Assembly (NCBI GenBank): GCA_963847625.1
Contig: CAWKAR010000028.1
Span: forward strand, 32,001-96,000
Direction of reading: 5' to 3'
Source: a candidate division FCPU426 bacterium
GTDB taxonomy: Bacteria; Oederibacteriota; Muellerivitia; Muellerivitales; Muellerivitaceae
DNA: 64,000 bases
Below, piece after piece: positions 10,752-20,409 of this stretch. A program made the translations under genes and the position numbers. A model generated the notes under the pieces. The model did not search any database, had not been told where the DNA came from, and saw only the letters and a program-made list of their open reading frames with translations. The number at the start of each line of letters is the position of its first letter. Within the stretch, counting starts at the first letter, position 1.

Positions 10752-11996
10752 GTTTATTCCTTCGTCCAATTATATCTCGAAGGTTGTTTTTACTTTAAAA
10801 GAAGGATTCTTTTGATTTGGCGGTTATAGGGCTCAACAAGGTAAAGAATATAGACTCCACTGGCGCAAGGATCACCGTTTTTGTTTCTCCCATCCCAAAG
10901 ATAAGAAGCGGTAATTGGACCTTCCAAGTGTCGCGTATCTAGGGTTTTGATATGTTCCCCGGCGGAATTATAAATTGCCAGGGAATAGGCGCCCGGATAT
11001 TGGCAGTAATCCACTTGAATGGAAATCGGTCCCTGGCTTGGCTGGAATATGTTTTCCGAGACGTAAAATAGATCGCAGGACGGAAGCGGCGTGAAGGTCG
11101 GAGTAGGGGTTAGGGTCGGAGTGGGTGTCAGTGTGGTTGTCTGTGGGCAACCCAGTAAAAACATGTTATAGCAATACTCGGTTGACGGCGCAGTTAGAAT
11201 GTTGGAATTCGGGTATGTGGAAGGAATGGATCCCGTAATTGCCCCGGAGTCTGTTTGGCAACTATAAAGGCCTTGAGAATCAAAGCCGAGCCCGCCCACC
11301 GGGAAATTTTCCAACAGGATGCAGGAATCGCCGCAAGGAAAGGTTACGGGGCCAATGGCGACCGTCACCCAACCGGAGGGCACAGCGTTTACCGTGACGC
11401 TGGTTGCGGCAACCAGGCTGGTGTTGTCATAAACCCCTAGGTTCATGGTCAAGGCGGTTGCGGCCCCGGAAGCTATAAAAAAAGCCATTTGACCAAAGGT
11501 GACGCCGCAGACCGCTGGATAGGCGTTGGCTACGTAATTGTTAAGGTTCATGAAAAAATATTTGAGTGGCGATTTATAATTCGACCCCAGTAAAACGCAA
11601 TTCGAAGTGTTCGTCGGCGTGGGGCTGTATGTCACTGTAGGCGTATCGGTGGTCGTTAAGGAGTTCGTGGGTGTGGGCGTTGGGGACGGCGTCTGCGACA
11701 GGGTGGGTGTACTGGTCGGGGTCAGAGTCGGACTATTCGTCGCCGTGTAAGTGCTCGTGGCGGTGGATGTATTCGTGGATGTGGGTGTGTTACTTGAGGT
11801 GTTTGTCGGAGTCTGGCTGGAAGTAACCGTTGGGGTATTAGTAAAAGTGAAAGTGTTGGTCGTCGACGGGGTGCTTGTTGAAGTAAAGGTGTCGGTTACC
11901 GTGAAGGTATTCGTTAGGGTGTCCGTTGGGGTTGAAGTGGCTGTCGGGGTTGTGTGTGTTTGCGTAATAGTTGGTGTGATTGTATAAATATCACTT

Positions 11997-13048
11997 GCTG
12001 AATTCAACCAGTAAGTGCAACACCTTGACTAAAGACCTGCTCCGGCGTTTTGAAACGAAGGCACTTGCGAGGACGATGGTTTAGGATCCGTTCCACGCGT
12101 CGTACATTCGCTGGGGTTATAGTAGCAAAATCCGTTTTCTTGGGATAGAAGCGACGAACAAGACCTGCAGTATTTTCAACACAACCTTTCTCCCAACTGT
12201 GGAAGGGCAAACAAAAGAATGAACGAGTGCCTGAAACACGATTCACCTGGAGATGTTCGACGTTTTCGGAGCCATTGTCGTATGTGATGGTACGGCGGAG
12301 GCCTTTTGAAATCCGAACCAACCGACGGTTGATTGCGGCTCTAGTGTGGAAAGCTGATTTTTGAGGTAGCCAAGCCAGTTTCACCAGACGACTTTTGCGC
12401 TCGACCATAACCAGAAGTGAGGGTTTGCTTTTCCGGGAGATGATGGTGTCGGCCTCCCAGTGCCCGAATTGCTGTCTTGTTTCAACGATAGCTGGTCGTT
12501 GGGTAATGGGAGTACGTTGAGGAATATGGCTTTTGCGATGTTTTTGAGTGTGCCAACGTCGCAAACGTTTTCGATGGGCCCGGGCTAGATGAGGAATGAG
12601 GTTTCGAGCTTCGCAGTAGATGAATTGATAGATGGCTTCATGGGAAACGGAAAGTTTTGGTTTCTCCCGGCGAAGAAAACCGGCAATTTGCTCGGGCGAG
12701 AGTCCACGAGGTATTTCTCGCAGTACTAAACGGCGAATCTCAGGATTTTTAAGCCTTAAATGAGTACGTGAAAGACGGTTTCGGTGTTCTGCACGCATGT
12801 GAGCTCTGGCGGGCAGGTAGCGGCGAGATCGTATAGGAGGGGCGTTGCGCTTCAGTTCTCGGGAAATGCTGGATACATCACGGCCCAGACGGCGTGCGAT
12901 TTCCCGAAGGGAGAGGCCTTCAGCATTCCAAACTGAAATTTCTTCACGTTCGGCTAACGACAGATGCTTGTAGGATGATTTCATAGCACTTAGGATAACC
13001 CCCGGGTTCTGCCGGGTCTAAGTGTTGCACTTCGTTATTGAACTGGGG
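11997..13048 (-). mobile_element. IS30-family insertion sequence (1052 bp)
   Basis: Imperfect terminal IRs GCTGAATTCAACCAGTAAGTGCAACAC and GTGTTGCACTTCGTTATTGAACTGGGG. 3-bp duplication CTT at 11994-96 and 13049-51 (a 2-bp TT reading is also possible). Confidence 0.93.
12004..12984 (-). CDS. IS30-family DDE transposase
   Basis: 326 aa; N-terminal HTH (SLREIARRLGRDVSSISRELKRN), GHWEADTI, TITYDNGSE, SWEKGCVENTAGLVRRFYPK, LNHRPRKCL. Confidence 0.97.
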   Translation of the reverse strand: MKSSYKHLSLAEREEISVWNAEGLSLREIARRLGRDVSSISRELKRNAPPIRSRRYLPARAHMRAEHRNRLSRTHLRLKNPEIRRLVLREIPRGLSPEQIAGFLRREKPKLSVSHEAIYQFIYCEARNLIPHLARAHRKRLRRWHTQKHRKSHIPQRTPITQRPAIVETRQQFGHWEADTIISRKSKPSLLVMVERKSRLVKLAWLPQKSAFHTRAAINRRLVRISKGLRRTITYDNGSENVEHLQVNRVSGTRSFFCLPFHSWEKGCVENTAGLVRRFYPKKTDFATITPANVRRVERILNHRPRKCLRFKTPEQVFSQGVALTG

Positions 13049-15438
13049 CTTTGACTAAACTTGGTCACGAAAGCATCATAACTACCATTATTAATTGTTT
13101 GGAAAGCCCCTATTGTGGTTGGAAAAACTTCAGAAAGAGTTGATCCAACAACATATACATTTTTTGAATTATCCACCGCAATGGTGCGCCCATAGGTGTC
13201 ATATATATCCCCACATAAATAAGTTGAATAAATCAAATCACTTGCTCCCATACCAACCGGATTGAGAATTGCAACAAATGCACTTGCACCGCAGTTATTT
13301 GTTTCATATGCATCACTGGTAATCGGGAAATCAGTTGAAGCAGTACCTCCTGTTAAATAAACATATCCAGACATATCCAATGCGATACCAAATCCGTAAT
13401 CCATCCAACTTCCACCAAGATATGTCGAATATATCAAAGTACTTCCTGTAGGGTCTAATTCAGTCATTACAACATTTTGTTGGCCGTAAAGACCATTACC
13501 AGCATCCGCTGTTTGAAAAGCCCCACTTGTTGTTGGATATCCAGTCACCGTATAACCAACTATATATGCATTTCCCACCGAATTTACTGCTATAGCTTCG
13601 GCAGTACATCCTAAAAATGTAGAATATTCTAAGATACTTCCATCGACATTTAATTTTGAAACAAAACCACTAGCGGGTGTTGTTTGATAGGCACCGGATG
13701 TTGCAGGAAAATTATTGGTGTTGGTATAACCCGTCACATAAGTGTTGCCAAAAATATCCACTGCAATACCATAACCTTTATCATCATAAGAGCCTCCTAA
13801 ATAAGTCGAAAAAATTAAATCATTTACTCCTCCACCTCCAGGATTAATTTTTGCAACAAAGATAACACGTGGGGTTGCTTGATATGCTCCTGGGGTTGTT
13901 GGTATTAAGCCATCTGTATAACCAGTGATATATGCGTTTCCGGAACCATCAACAGCAATAGCATCACCTTCAGCCTGATACGTACAAGTACCAAAATAGG
14001 TTGAATAGAGAAGGTTATTACCAGATGCGTTCAATTTTGAGATGAAAATATTAAAAATGCCGCCAGGAAAATTTGTTTGATACGCACCGATAGTAGTTGG
14101 GAAATTTGGGCCTGCATAACCGGAAATATATGCGTTATCCGAACTATCCAATGCGATTCGATCCCCTTGGCTATTACCAGTACCTTCAAGGTAGGTTGAA
14201 TAGACAAGCGCATTACCATATGAATTCAACTTTGATACAAAAACACAAAGAATACCGTTCGTAGGTGGTAATGTTTGATAAGCCCCATTTGTAGTGGGAA
14301 AATCAACTGAAAATGTATTACCTGTTATATAAGCATTTCCTGAACTATCTACCGTAATACCCCGACCATCTTCGCTGCTGCTTCCACCCAAATATGTCGA
14401 ATAATCCAAAACTGGGTCGATCACCAGGGGAAGGGTTTTATCGTAGTTCCCCATTTCAAATCCGATCTTTCCGTCCGCCCTAATCTTGTAGGCGCCATCA
14501 ATTTTGTTGTTTCCCATTCTTTGTTCCTGGTAAACAACCGGCGCCTTGAAAGCCACATCCCCTTGGGCCATATGGAATACCAGGTTCCCTTGGCCGTCCA
14601 CTTCCGCGTTTTTGGCTCCCTCGTAACTAAGGCCAATGACGCTTGGATCTGCTCCTGGTTTTACCTCAAAGTCATACTCTAATCTTCTCTGTGCGCCGTA
14701 ATACACCATGTCGATGCCGGGATAGACATCCTTCATTTTCACTTTGGTGTAGTTTGCAATGTTGGTATGCCACTTGGTAGGATCATTTCCAATGAAGTAA
14801 TTGCTCTTCCCTTCCGCCTTTTCCATCCCTTCGAATTCGGCCAAGCGGTTCCCGCCCTCGAGACGCAAACGCAAAACATCTGGGGGGTTTGGAGTGCGGG
14901 GTTGGTGTCCAAAATTTTTGGCTATGTCTCTGGGTCCCTGTGGTGAAAATTTTTCTTCTCCCCGCTTCAGGACAAACACCGCCTCAGCGGGCGTAATAAA
15001 GAGGGTGTAGCCGCTTCCCCTGGAAATGAATTTCACTTGGGGATCGGTTTGGCCTTCGTTGGGTTCGAAGTAAAGCGGGATGTGTCCGTAACTCTGGTTG
15101 AGCTTCAGTTGTGCGTCGGGATTTGGTTGAGAAACTTTGGAAGAAGTCTGGGGCTTTTTGGAAGATGAACTGTTATGGGTTGTGGTAACCAAACCCATTC
15201 CAAATACTGTAAAGACACAGGCAAATAGACCTGCGTTTATAAGCCGCAACCTATTGCGGAATACGTTCTTCTTAAATCATTTGACCGTCCAGGGTGAGCC
15301 AGATATAGCTAATTTTCCCACGTTCTATATCTAAGGGGTATTTCTTTTCATTAACCTAGACGGTAAAAAGCCGATTTAATCCAAAAATTTAGAAATCTTT
15401 AATGGATTTTCAGGGGTAGCGGCAAGTTACCCCCCCTA

Positions 15439-15535
15439 TGCGGGCAGTGAATCCAGCCCGTGCGGTCAGGGCTACCGGCCTCTGCGGGCAGGGTTCCCAG
15501 CATCTGCGGGCAGGACCCCGCCCCCTGCGGGCAGG
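15439..15535. repeat. 5 x 21-22-bp tandem repeat, core TGCGGGCAGG
   Basis: Cores start at 15439, 15461, 15483, 15505, 15526; intervening bases vary. Confidence 0.85.
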
Positions 15536-15727
15536 AATGTGGGCAGTTTATCCCCCCCTACCGGCAAATGACACCAGGAATGTGGGCAGTTTATCTCCCC
15601 TGCTGGTAGATGACACCGGGAATGTGGGCAGTTTATCCCCCCATTCCGACAGATGACACCGGGAATGTGGGCAGTTTATCTCCCCTACCGGCAGATGACA
15701 CCGGGAATGTGGGCAGTTTATCCTCCC
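15534..15727. repeat. 5 x 42/43-bp tandem repeat (last copy partial), invariant GGAATGTGGGCAGTTTATC
   Basis: Starts at 15534, 15577, 15619, 15662, 15704 (spacing 43,42,43,42); second conserved block ATGACACC. Confidence 0.95.
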
Positions 15728-15730
15728 GCG

Positions 15731-15885
15731 TACTGGGTTCGCGGCTCGCTATACTGGGTTCCCGGCCCACTATACTGGGTTCGCTGCCCACTATACTGGG
15801 TTCCAGGCTTACTATACTGGGTTCACGGCTCACTATACTGGGTTCGCAGATTCCTGCACTGGGTTCGCGGCCCGCTATACTGGGT
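15731..15885. repeat. 8 x 21-bp tandem repeat, core (TA)TACTGGGTT
   Basis: Cores at 15731, 15752, 15773, 15794, 15815, 15836, 15857, 15878: strict 21-bp period with a variable half. Confidence 0.95.
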
Positions 15886-15907
15886 ATGTGGGCGGGTTAT
15901 CCCCTCG

Positions 15908-15945
15908 GGAACCCCGGAACTTCGGAACCCGGGAACTCCGGAACT
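15908..15945. repeat. 5 x 8-bp tandem repeat GGAACnnn
   Basis: GGAAC at 15908, 15916, 15924, 15932, 15940. Confidence 0.85.
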
Positions 15946-16151
15946 GGCCGAGAACTTTTCGTTGAAATATGAAAAAATCGGCTTTGTTTACCAGAAACGC
16001 CGGTGCCGTTTACCAGAAATCAGGGTATGCCCTCCGACGGGCTCAGACCAGGCCGGGCCTTTCCGACGGCGGTATTGTAGCGATATCTTTATTGTCTTTT
16101 GGAAATTCGGCACAAGCCCGGGGCCTCGGCAGCCGGTGAATTAAATCCGGT

Positions 16152-16403
16152 TCATCTCTTCTTCTTTGATGATTTTCCCGGTTTAACTCCATAGGGGGCG
16201 GGCTTTTCAAAAACGGTGCCGGGCTGTATATGGCGTCTTTTTCCATTGGACATTTCGTTCGCGAGTGCGGCCATTTCCTCCTGGGCCTCAAGGATTTCAT
16301 CCAGGGAGAGCTTCGCCCACCGGTTTATTTGGTAACGCCGTTGTCCCTCCCAGGTGGTTTTTTCCCAGTCGTTGGCGCTCATTCCCCGGGTTCGATTCGC
16401 CAT
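16152..16403 (-). CDS. Small hypothetical protein, partner of the nucleotidyltransferase (antitoxin-like)
   Basis: Starts 4 nt after the NTase stop with AAGGA RBS; DWEKTTWEGQRRYQINRWAKLSLDEILEAQEEM helical motif. Confidence 0.6.
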   Translation of the reverse strand: MANRTRGMSANDWEKTTWEGQRRYQINRWAKLSLDEILEAQEEMAALANEMSNGKRRHIQPGTVFEKPAPYGVKPGKSSKKKR

Positions 16404-16407
16404 GCGA

Positions 16408-16914
16408 TTATCCTTTTTTCCCAAGGTCATCAATATCCGCCAGGTCCTTCGGCCTTCCGGCTAATTTCTTCATTTTTAGAAGCGTGCCCAAGGTAACAAA
16501 CCTGACGTCAACATCCCCGCCCAGAACTTTTATTAACGCTTTCTCGTATTCCGTGTTAAAAGCAAAGGGCTCATCCACCAATATATCCACCGAAGTTTCT
16601 TTGTGTTTGTCGCTATAAAATTGAAGCGCCCGCATGTTCTTTTTCCCGATCCACATCTTTCTCTTCTTTTTGTCGGCGAATTCCCGGGAGGTTATTGGCA
16701 CGATCGGCTTATACCCAAAAGCTTCAAGGGCCTGAAATGCCTTAATTATATTTTTAGAGGTCATTTCCAAGGCCAGATCTATGTCCACCGTGAACCGCAA
16801 GACACCATAGGCGTTAACGGCGAGCCCGCCGACCACCAAATATCGGACGCCGCCATCGTTTAAAGCCTTGAAAACCGTCTTCGCGCTTTGTTTTTTCACT
16901 GCCGCTCCCAGCAA
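16408..16914 (-). CDS. Pol-beta-superfamily nucleotidyltransferase (DUF6036/AbiEii-like)
   Basis: YLVVGGLAVNAYG..RFTVDIDL; VDIL; C-terminal LLKMKKLAGRPKDLADI. Confidence 0.82.
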   Translation of the reverse strand: MLGAAVKKQSAKTVFKALNDGGVRYLVVGGLAVNAYGVLRFTVDIDLALEMTSKNIIKAFQALEAFGYKPIVPITSREFADKKKRKMWIGKKNMRALQFYSDKHKETSVDILVDEPFAFNTEYEKALIKVLGGDVDVRFVTLGTLLKMKKLAGRPKDLADIDDLGKKG

Positions 16915-17090
16915 TTTGTTTGCGTTCTAATGGGACCTATATTATCACGATTCACAAGCCGCCGTTTCATGGCCGCTAACCGGCTGTTGTTTGTTAGCCT
17001 TAAACTCCCTAAAAAAGAGCCCGGTCTGGCACCTTTTTCGCGCCATAGCATTATTAGTATCCCCTTTCATTCCGCGATAAAATGTGGCAA

Positions 17091-20000
17091 ATGAAAACCC
17101 GGTCCTGTCTATTCCTCATCCTTGCCAGTATTCCCCCCCTTCTCCAAGCCCAAACCTGGACCAACATGGGCATCGGCGGAGGCGGGGCCCAGTTCGCGCC
17201 GTCCTTCTCCTATCTCGACCCGAACCTTTTGTTCCTCCAATGCGACATGGGCGGCATCTACCGTTCCACCAATAACGGCACAAACTTCACCATGGTGGGT
17301 TACACCCAGTTCGATTCCTCCACCGACTATCCCAACGGCGCCTGCCCCATCGGCTATGACCCCAACAACGCCAACAACCTCTGGGCTTTCGGCGAGCAAA
17401 ACGACGATACCGGCGGGAGCCTATTAAAAAGCACCGACGAGGGGGTTCACTGGAGTTATGCCGTCCAACCCGCATGGGGCAATAACTACCGGATCACCCG
17501 CATTGTCCTGGACCGGGGCAATTCGAATTTCATCGTCCTGGGCGCGGATTCAGGCGCCTACTATTCCACTAATGGCGGAACCTCCTGGAACGCCTGTTCG
17601 GGCGTGGACGGTTACGTTTGGGACATCGTGATCGACCAATCCTCGTCCGTCGGAAACCGGACGGTCTATATCGGCTCCGACGTAGACGCGTATGCGGGGA
17701 CCGGCGGGGGCGTCTTTAAGGGAACCAACGTGAATACGGGCGGCGCTTTCGCAGCCGCCAATACGGGCCTGCCCGGCGCGGCCCTGACGGGTTTCTCGGG
17801 CGCCAGCCTCAGTAGTCCGGCTACCGTGGTGCTTTACGCGGTTTACGACGGCGGCGGTGGCTCGGGTTCGGGTGGAACAGACATATACCGTTCCCTCAAC
17901 GGGGCCGCCAATTGGACTTTGGCCTACGCCGGCTCCAACACCGACGGGTTCAACAAAATCGAATGTGCCGAAGGAAGCCCCGCCACGGCTTACACCATCA
18001 ATAATTCCTCTTCCGAAACCGAAGGTGTCTGGAAAACCACCGACTACGGCTCCACCTGGACCAACGTCTTCCTGCCCTCCACCAGCGGAGGCAATGTCAC
18101 CCTGGGTTGGTGCGATTACGACATCGTTTTCCAGGAAGGGGCGGCCTGGATCCAGTTGAAGGTGGACCCCGCCAACCCCAACCGGGTTTCGGCCACGGAC
18201 CTGGACTGCAGTTACGAAACCACCGACGGCGGGGCCACCTGGTCCGAAATCTATTCCACTTTCGCGGACACCCCGCCCATCGGGGCCGGGAAGAAATGGT
18301 CCACCAGGGGTTTGGAAGTCACCACCTCCTGGCATTACTACATCAGCCCCTGGTCCCCCGCCACCCACTACATCGCCCAGAGCGACATCGGCCTCCAGCG
18401 CTCCACCGATAGCGGAAATACCTGGTACCACAGCATTCCCTTCAGCACCGCCTGGCACAACACCCTCTATGAATTGGCCTTTAACTCCGGCACCAGCGTC
18501 ATTTACGCCGCGGCCTCGAACCAGCATGACATCCCGCATTCCACGCAAATCGGAAGGGCCCCGGGCGCGGGCGGGGTTTTGCAAAGCGTCAATAACGGCG
18601 TCTCCTGGTCCAGCGTCTCCACGGGACTTCCCACCCTACCCGCCACCTCCATATTGCGCGACGCAACCACGGGAAATCTTTACGTGGCCATGTGGGGCAA
18701 CGCTACTTCCGGCACCCAGGGCGGGGTATATATGTCCACCAACAATGGAACTTCCTGGACGGCCATGAACACGGGACTGGGCAATACGCCCAATTTCCAC
18801 GCCTACCAGTTAAAAGAGGACTCGAGCGGTAATTTGTACTGCCTGATCTCGGGTTACGACGTGGGCGGAACGTGGGTCGCTGGGGGTATTTGGAAATACC
18901 CCAAAGGGGGTACCACCTGGTCCTGCCTGACCGCCAATGGGGACGGAACGGGCGTTCCCCTTTATTACCTGCAGGGTTTTGACATCGATTCTTCCGGAAC
19001 CACCATCTATGCCGCTTCCATGAAATGGGGCTCGCCCACCCAAAAAGGCATGTACCGCTCAACCAATGGCGGGGCCAGTTGGACCCACCCGATTACAACC
19101 TTCCCCGGAACCGTCAATCCCATTGACGGATTTTGCCCCAGCGTCAACCCAAACAACTCCTCGGATGTTTATCTCGGAACCGAGGACGAGGGACTTTGGG
19201 AATCCCTGGACGGCGGAAATACATGGAGCCAAATAACCGGGGTGCCTTTCCTGAATACCCACCGGGTCTTTTTTGACCCAGCTACCGGTAACCGTTACTT
19301 GACCACTTTCGGGAGCAGTGCCTGGAAACTGGCGTCGGGCGGCATTCCCACCGTTACGCCCACCTCCACATCCAACTTGACCTCCACATCCACCCCTACT
19401 CGCACGGTCAGTTCAACACCCACGCCCACTGCCACACCGACTGTAACGGGTCCTACCACCTCGACAGCCACATCCACACCCACCGGCACACCCACTTTCA
19501 CACCAACTGGAACATCCACTTACACATCAACAGTAACTGTAACGCCTACTCTATCCCCCACGACAACTTCTTCCCTCACATCCACCCGAACCCCCACTTC
19601 CACTCCCACGGGAACAAATACGCCTAGCGCGACGGCCTCACCTTCATTTACGGCAACCCGAACCGCTTCGCCTTCGGCTACGCCAACATCGACTGGCACG
19701 CCCACTTCAACCCCCACCAGAACCGCGACCAGGACCCCGACCATGACCGCCACACCCACTCCATCCCCCGCCACTACCCCATCCCTCACACCCACTCGAA
19801 CCCCCACATCCTCGCCCACGGGCACGAACACGCCCAGCGCGACAATCTCACCCACTTTTACGGCGACGCGCACCGCCACACCCACTCCTACCATTTCCAA
19901 CACTTTTACGCCTTCAAGCACTTTCACTTTAACGCCGACCTTTACAGCCACCCCTTCCCCTACTGACACGCTTACCCCTACCGTTACACCCACCGGAACC

Positions 20001-20327
20001 ATCACCCCTATTTTAACCCCAACCCTTCCCCCCACCCCCTATCCGGTGGGACCGGTCCTGGTCTATCCGAACCCTGTGACGAACCTCGGTCCAGTTCAAA
20101 TCCAACTCGCGTTGGGCCAGGCGGCTAATGATGTCAGCGTTTCCGTATTCACGATTGTCTTCCGCAAGGTCAACCAGGTGGATTACGGTCCCCAGCCGGC
20201 TAAAACCCTGACATTGCCCTTGGCGCTTCAAGACCAATGGGGCGTACCCCTGGCCAACGGTTTTTATTATCTCGTCGTGAAAACTCCTGGGGGAAAACGA
20301 GTCGGAAAATTGATTGTTTTGCGGTAA
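17091..20327 (+). CDS. Secreted BNR/Asp-box double beta-propeller (GH74-like) with Thr/Pro stalk and T9SS-like C-terminal domain
   Basis: Signal peptide ending LQA-QTW; many S.D/NGG.TW Asp boxes; CDMGGIYRS and QSDIGLQRS; ~230-aa TPT stalk; VYPNP...FTIVFRKV...LANGFYY...KLIVLR. Confidence 0.8.
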   Translation: MKTRSCLFLILASIPPLLQAQTWTNMGIGGGGAQFAPSFSYLDPNLLFLQCDMGGIYRSTNNGTNFTMVGYTQFDSSTDYPNGACPIGYDPNNANNLWAFGEQNDDTGGSLLKSTDEGVHWSYAVQPAWGNNYRITRIVLDRGNSNFIVLGADSGAYYSTNGGTSWNACSGVDGYVWDIVIDQSSSVGNRTVYIGSDVDAYAGTGGGVFKGTNVNTGGAFAAANTGLPGAALTGFSGASLSSPATVVLYAVYDGGGGSGSGGTDIYRSLNGAANWTLAYAGSNTDGFNKIECAEGSPATAYTINNSSSETEGVWKTTDYGSTWTNVFLPSTSGGNVTLGWCDYDIVFQEGAAWIQLKVDPANPNRVSATDLDCSYETTDGGATWSEIYSTFADTPPIGAGKKWSTRGLEVTTSWHYYISPWSPATHYIAQSDIGLQRSTDSGNTWYHSIPFSTAWHNTLYELAFNSGTSVIYAAASNQHDIPHSTQIGRAPGAGGVLQSVNNGVSWSSVSTGLPTLPATSILRDATTGNLYVAMWGNATSGTQGGVYMSTNNGTSWTAMNTGLGNTPNFHAYQLKEDSSGNLYCLISGYDVGGTWVAGGIWKYPKGGTTWSCLTANGDGTGVPLYYLQGFDIDSSGTTIYAASMKWGSPTQKGMYRSTNGGASWTHPITTFPGTVNPIDGFCPSVNPNNSSDVYLGTEDEGLWESLDGGNTWSQITGVPFLNTHRVFFDPATGNRYLTTFGSSAWKLASGGIPTVTPTSTSNLTSTSTPTRTVSSTPTPTATPTVTGPTTSTATSTPTGTPTFTPTGTSTYTSTVTVTPTLSPTTTSSLTSTRTPTSTPTGTNTPSATASPSFTATRTASPSATPTSTGTPTSTPTRTATRTPTMTATPTPSPATTPSLTPTRTPTSSPTGTNTPSATISPTFTATRTATPTPTISNTFTPSSTFTLTPTFTATPSPTDTLTPTVTPTGTITPILTPTLPPTPYPVGPVLVYPNPVTNLGPVQIQLALGQAANDVSVSVFTIVFRKVNQVDYGPQPAKTLTLPLALQDQWGVPLANGFYYLVVKTPGGKRVGKLIVLR

Positions 20328-20409
20328 TCCCAAAACATTCCAAAGGTTTTGGGTCAAACTTAGGCAACCGTTCTTGAAATCTTTTGGATACCTGGATTTT
20401 GTGTTCCGG

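Larger units (their letters stand above)
10790..15249 (-). pseudogene. SBBP repeat protein copy 3, interrupted by IS30
   Basis: Removing 11997-13048 plus one CTT gives ...DAFVTKFSQSDIYTITPT, collinear with copy 1 (...[17 protein letters not shown]). Confidence 0.9.

Noticed and set aside
4295..11770. Diversity-generating retroelement (TR/VR) as the explanation for the duplicated tails
   Set aside because: Differences are not adenine-specific, the repeat is ~1 kb, and no reverse transcriptase is present.
10790..12007. Independent 405-aa gene
   Set aside because: It is the 3' half of SBBP copy 3; its start codon lies inside the IS30 end and it has no signal peptide.
15355..15385. ECF-like promoter upstream of the SBBP locus (CGTCTA on minus strand)
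   Set aside because: Only the -10-like hexamer matches; the -35 is unconvincing.
15534..15885. CRISPR array
   Set aside because: Variable parts are only ~10-15 nt and resemble each other; no unique ~30-nt spacers; no cas genes in the window.
15438..16144. ORFs over the repeat zone (e.g. 15610..15972, LGSRxxI heptads)
   Set aside because: Several overlapping frames are open, 22/43-bp periods shift frame, and there is no clear RBS; most likely by-products of the repeats.
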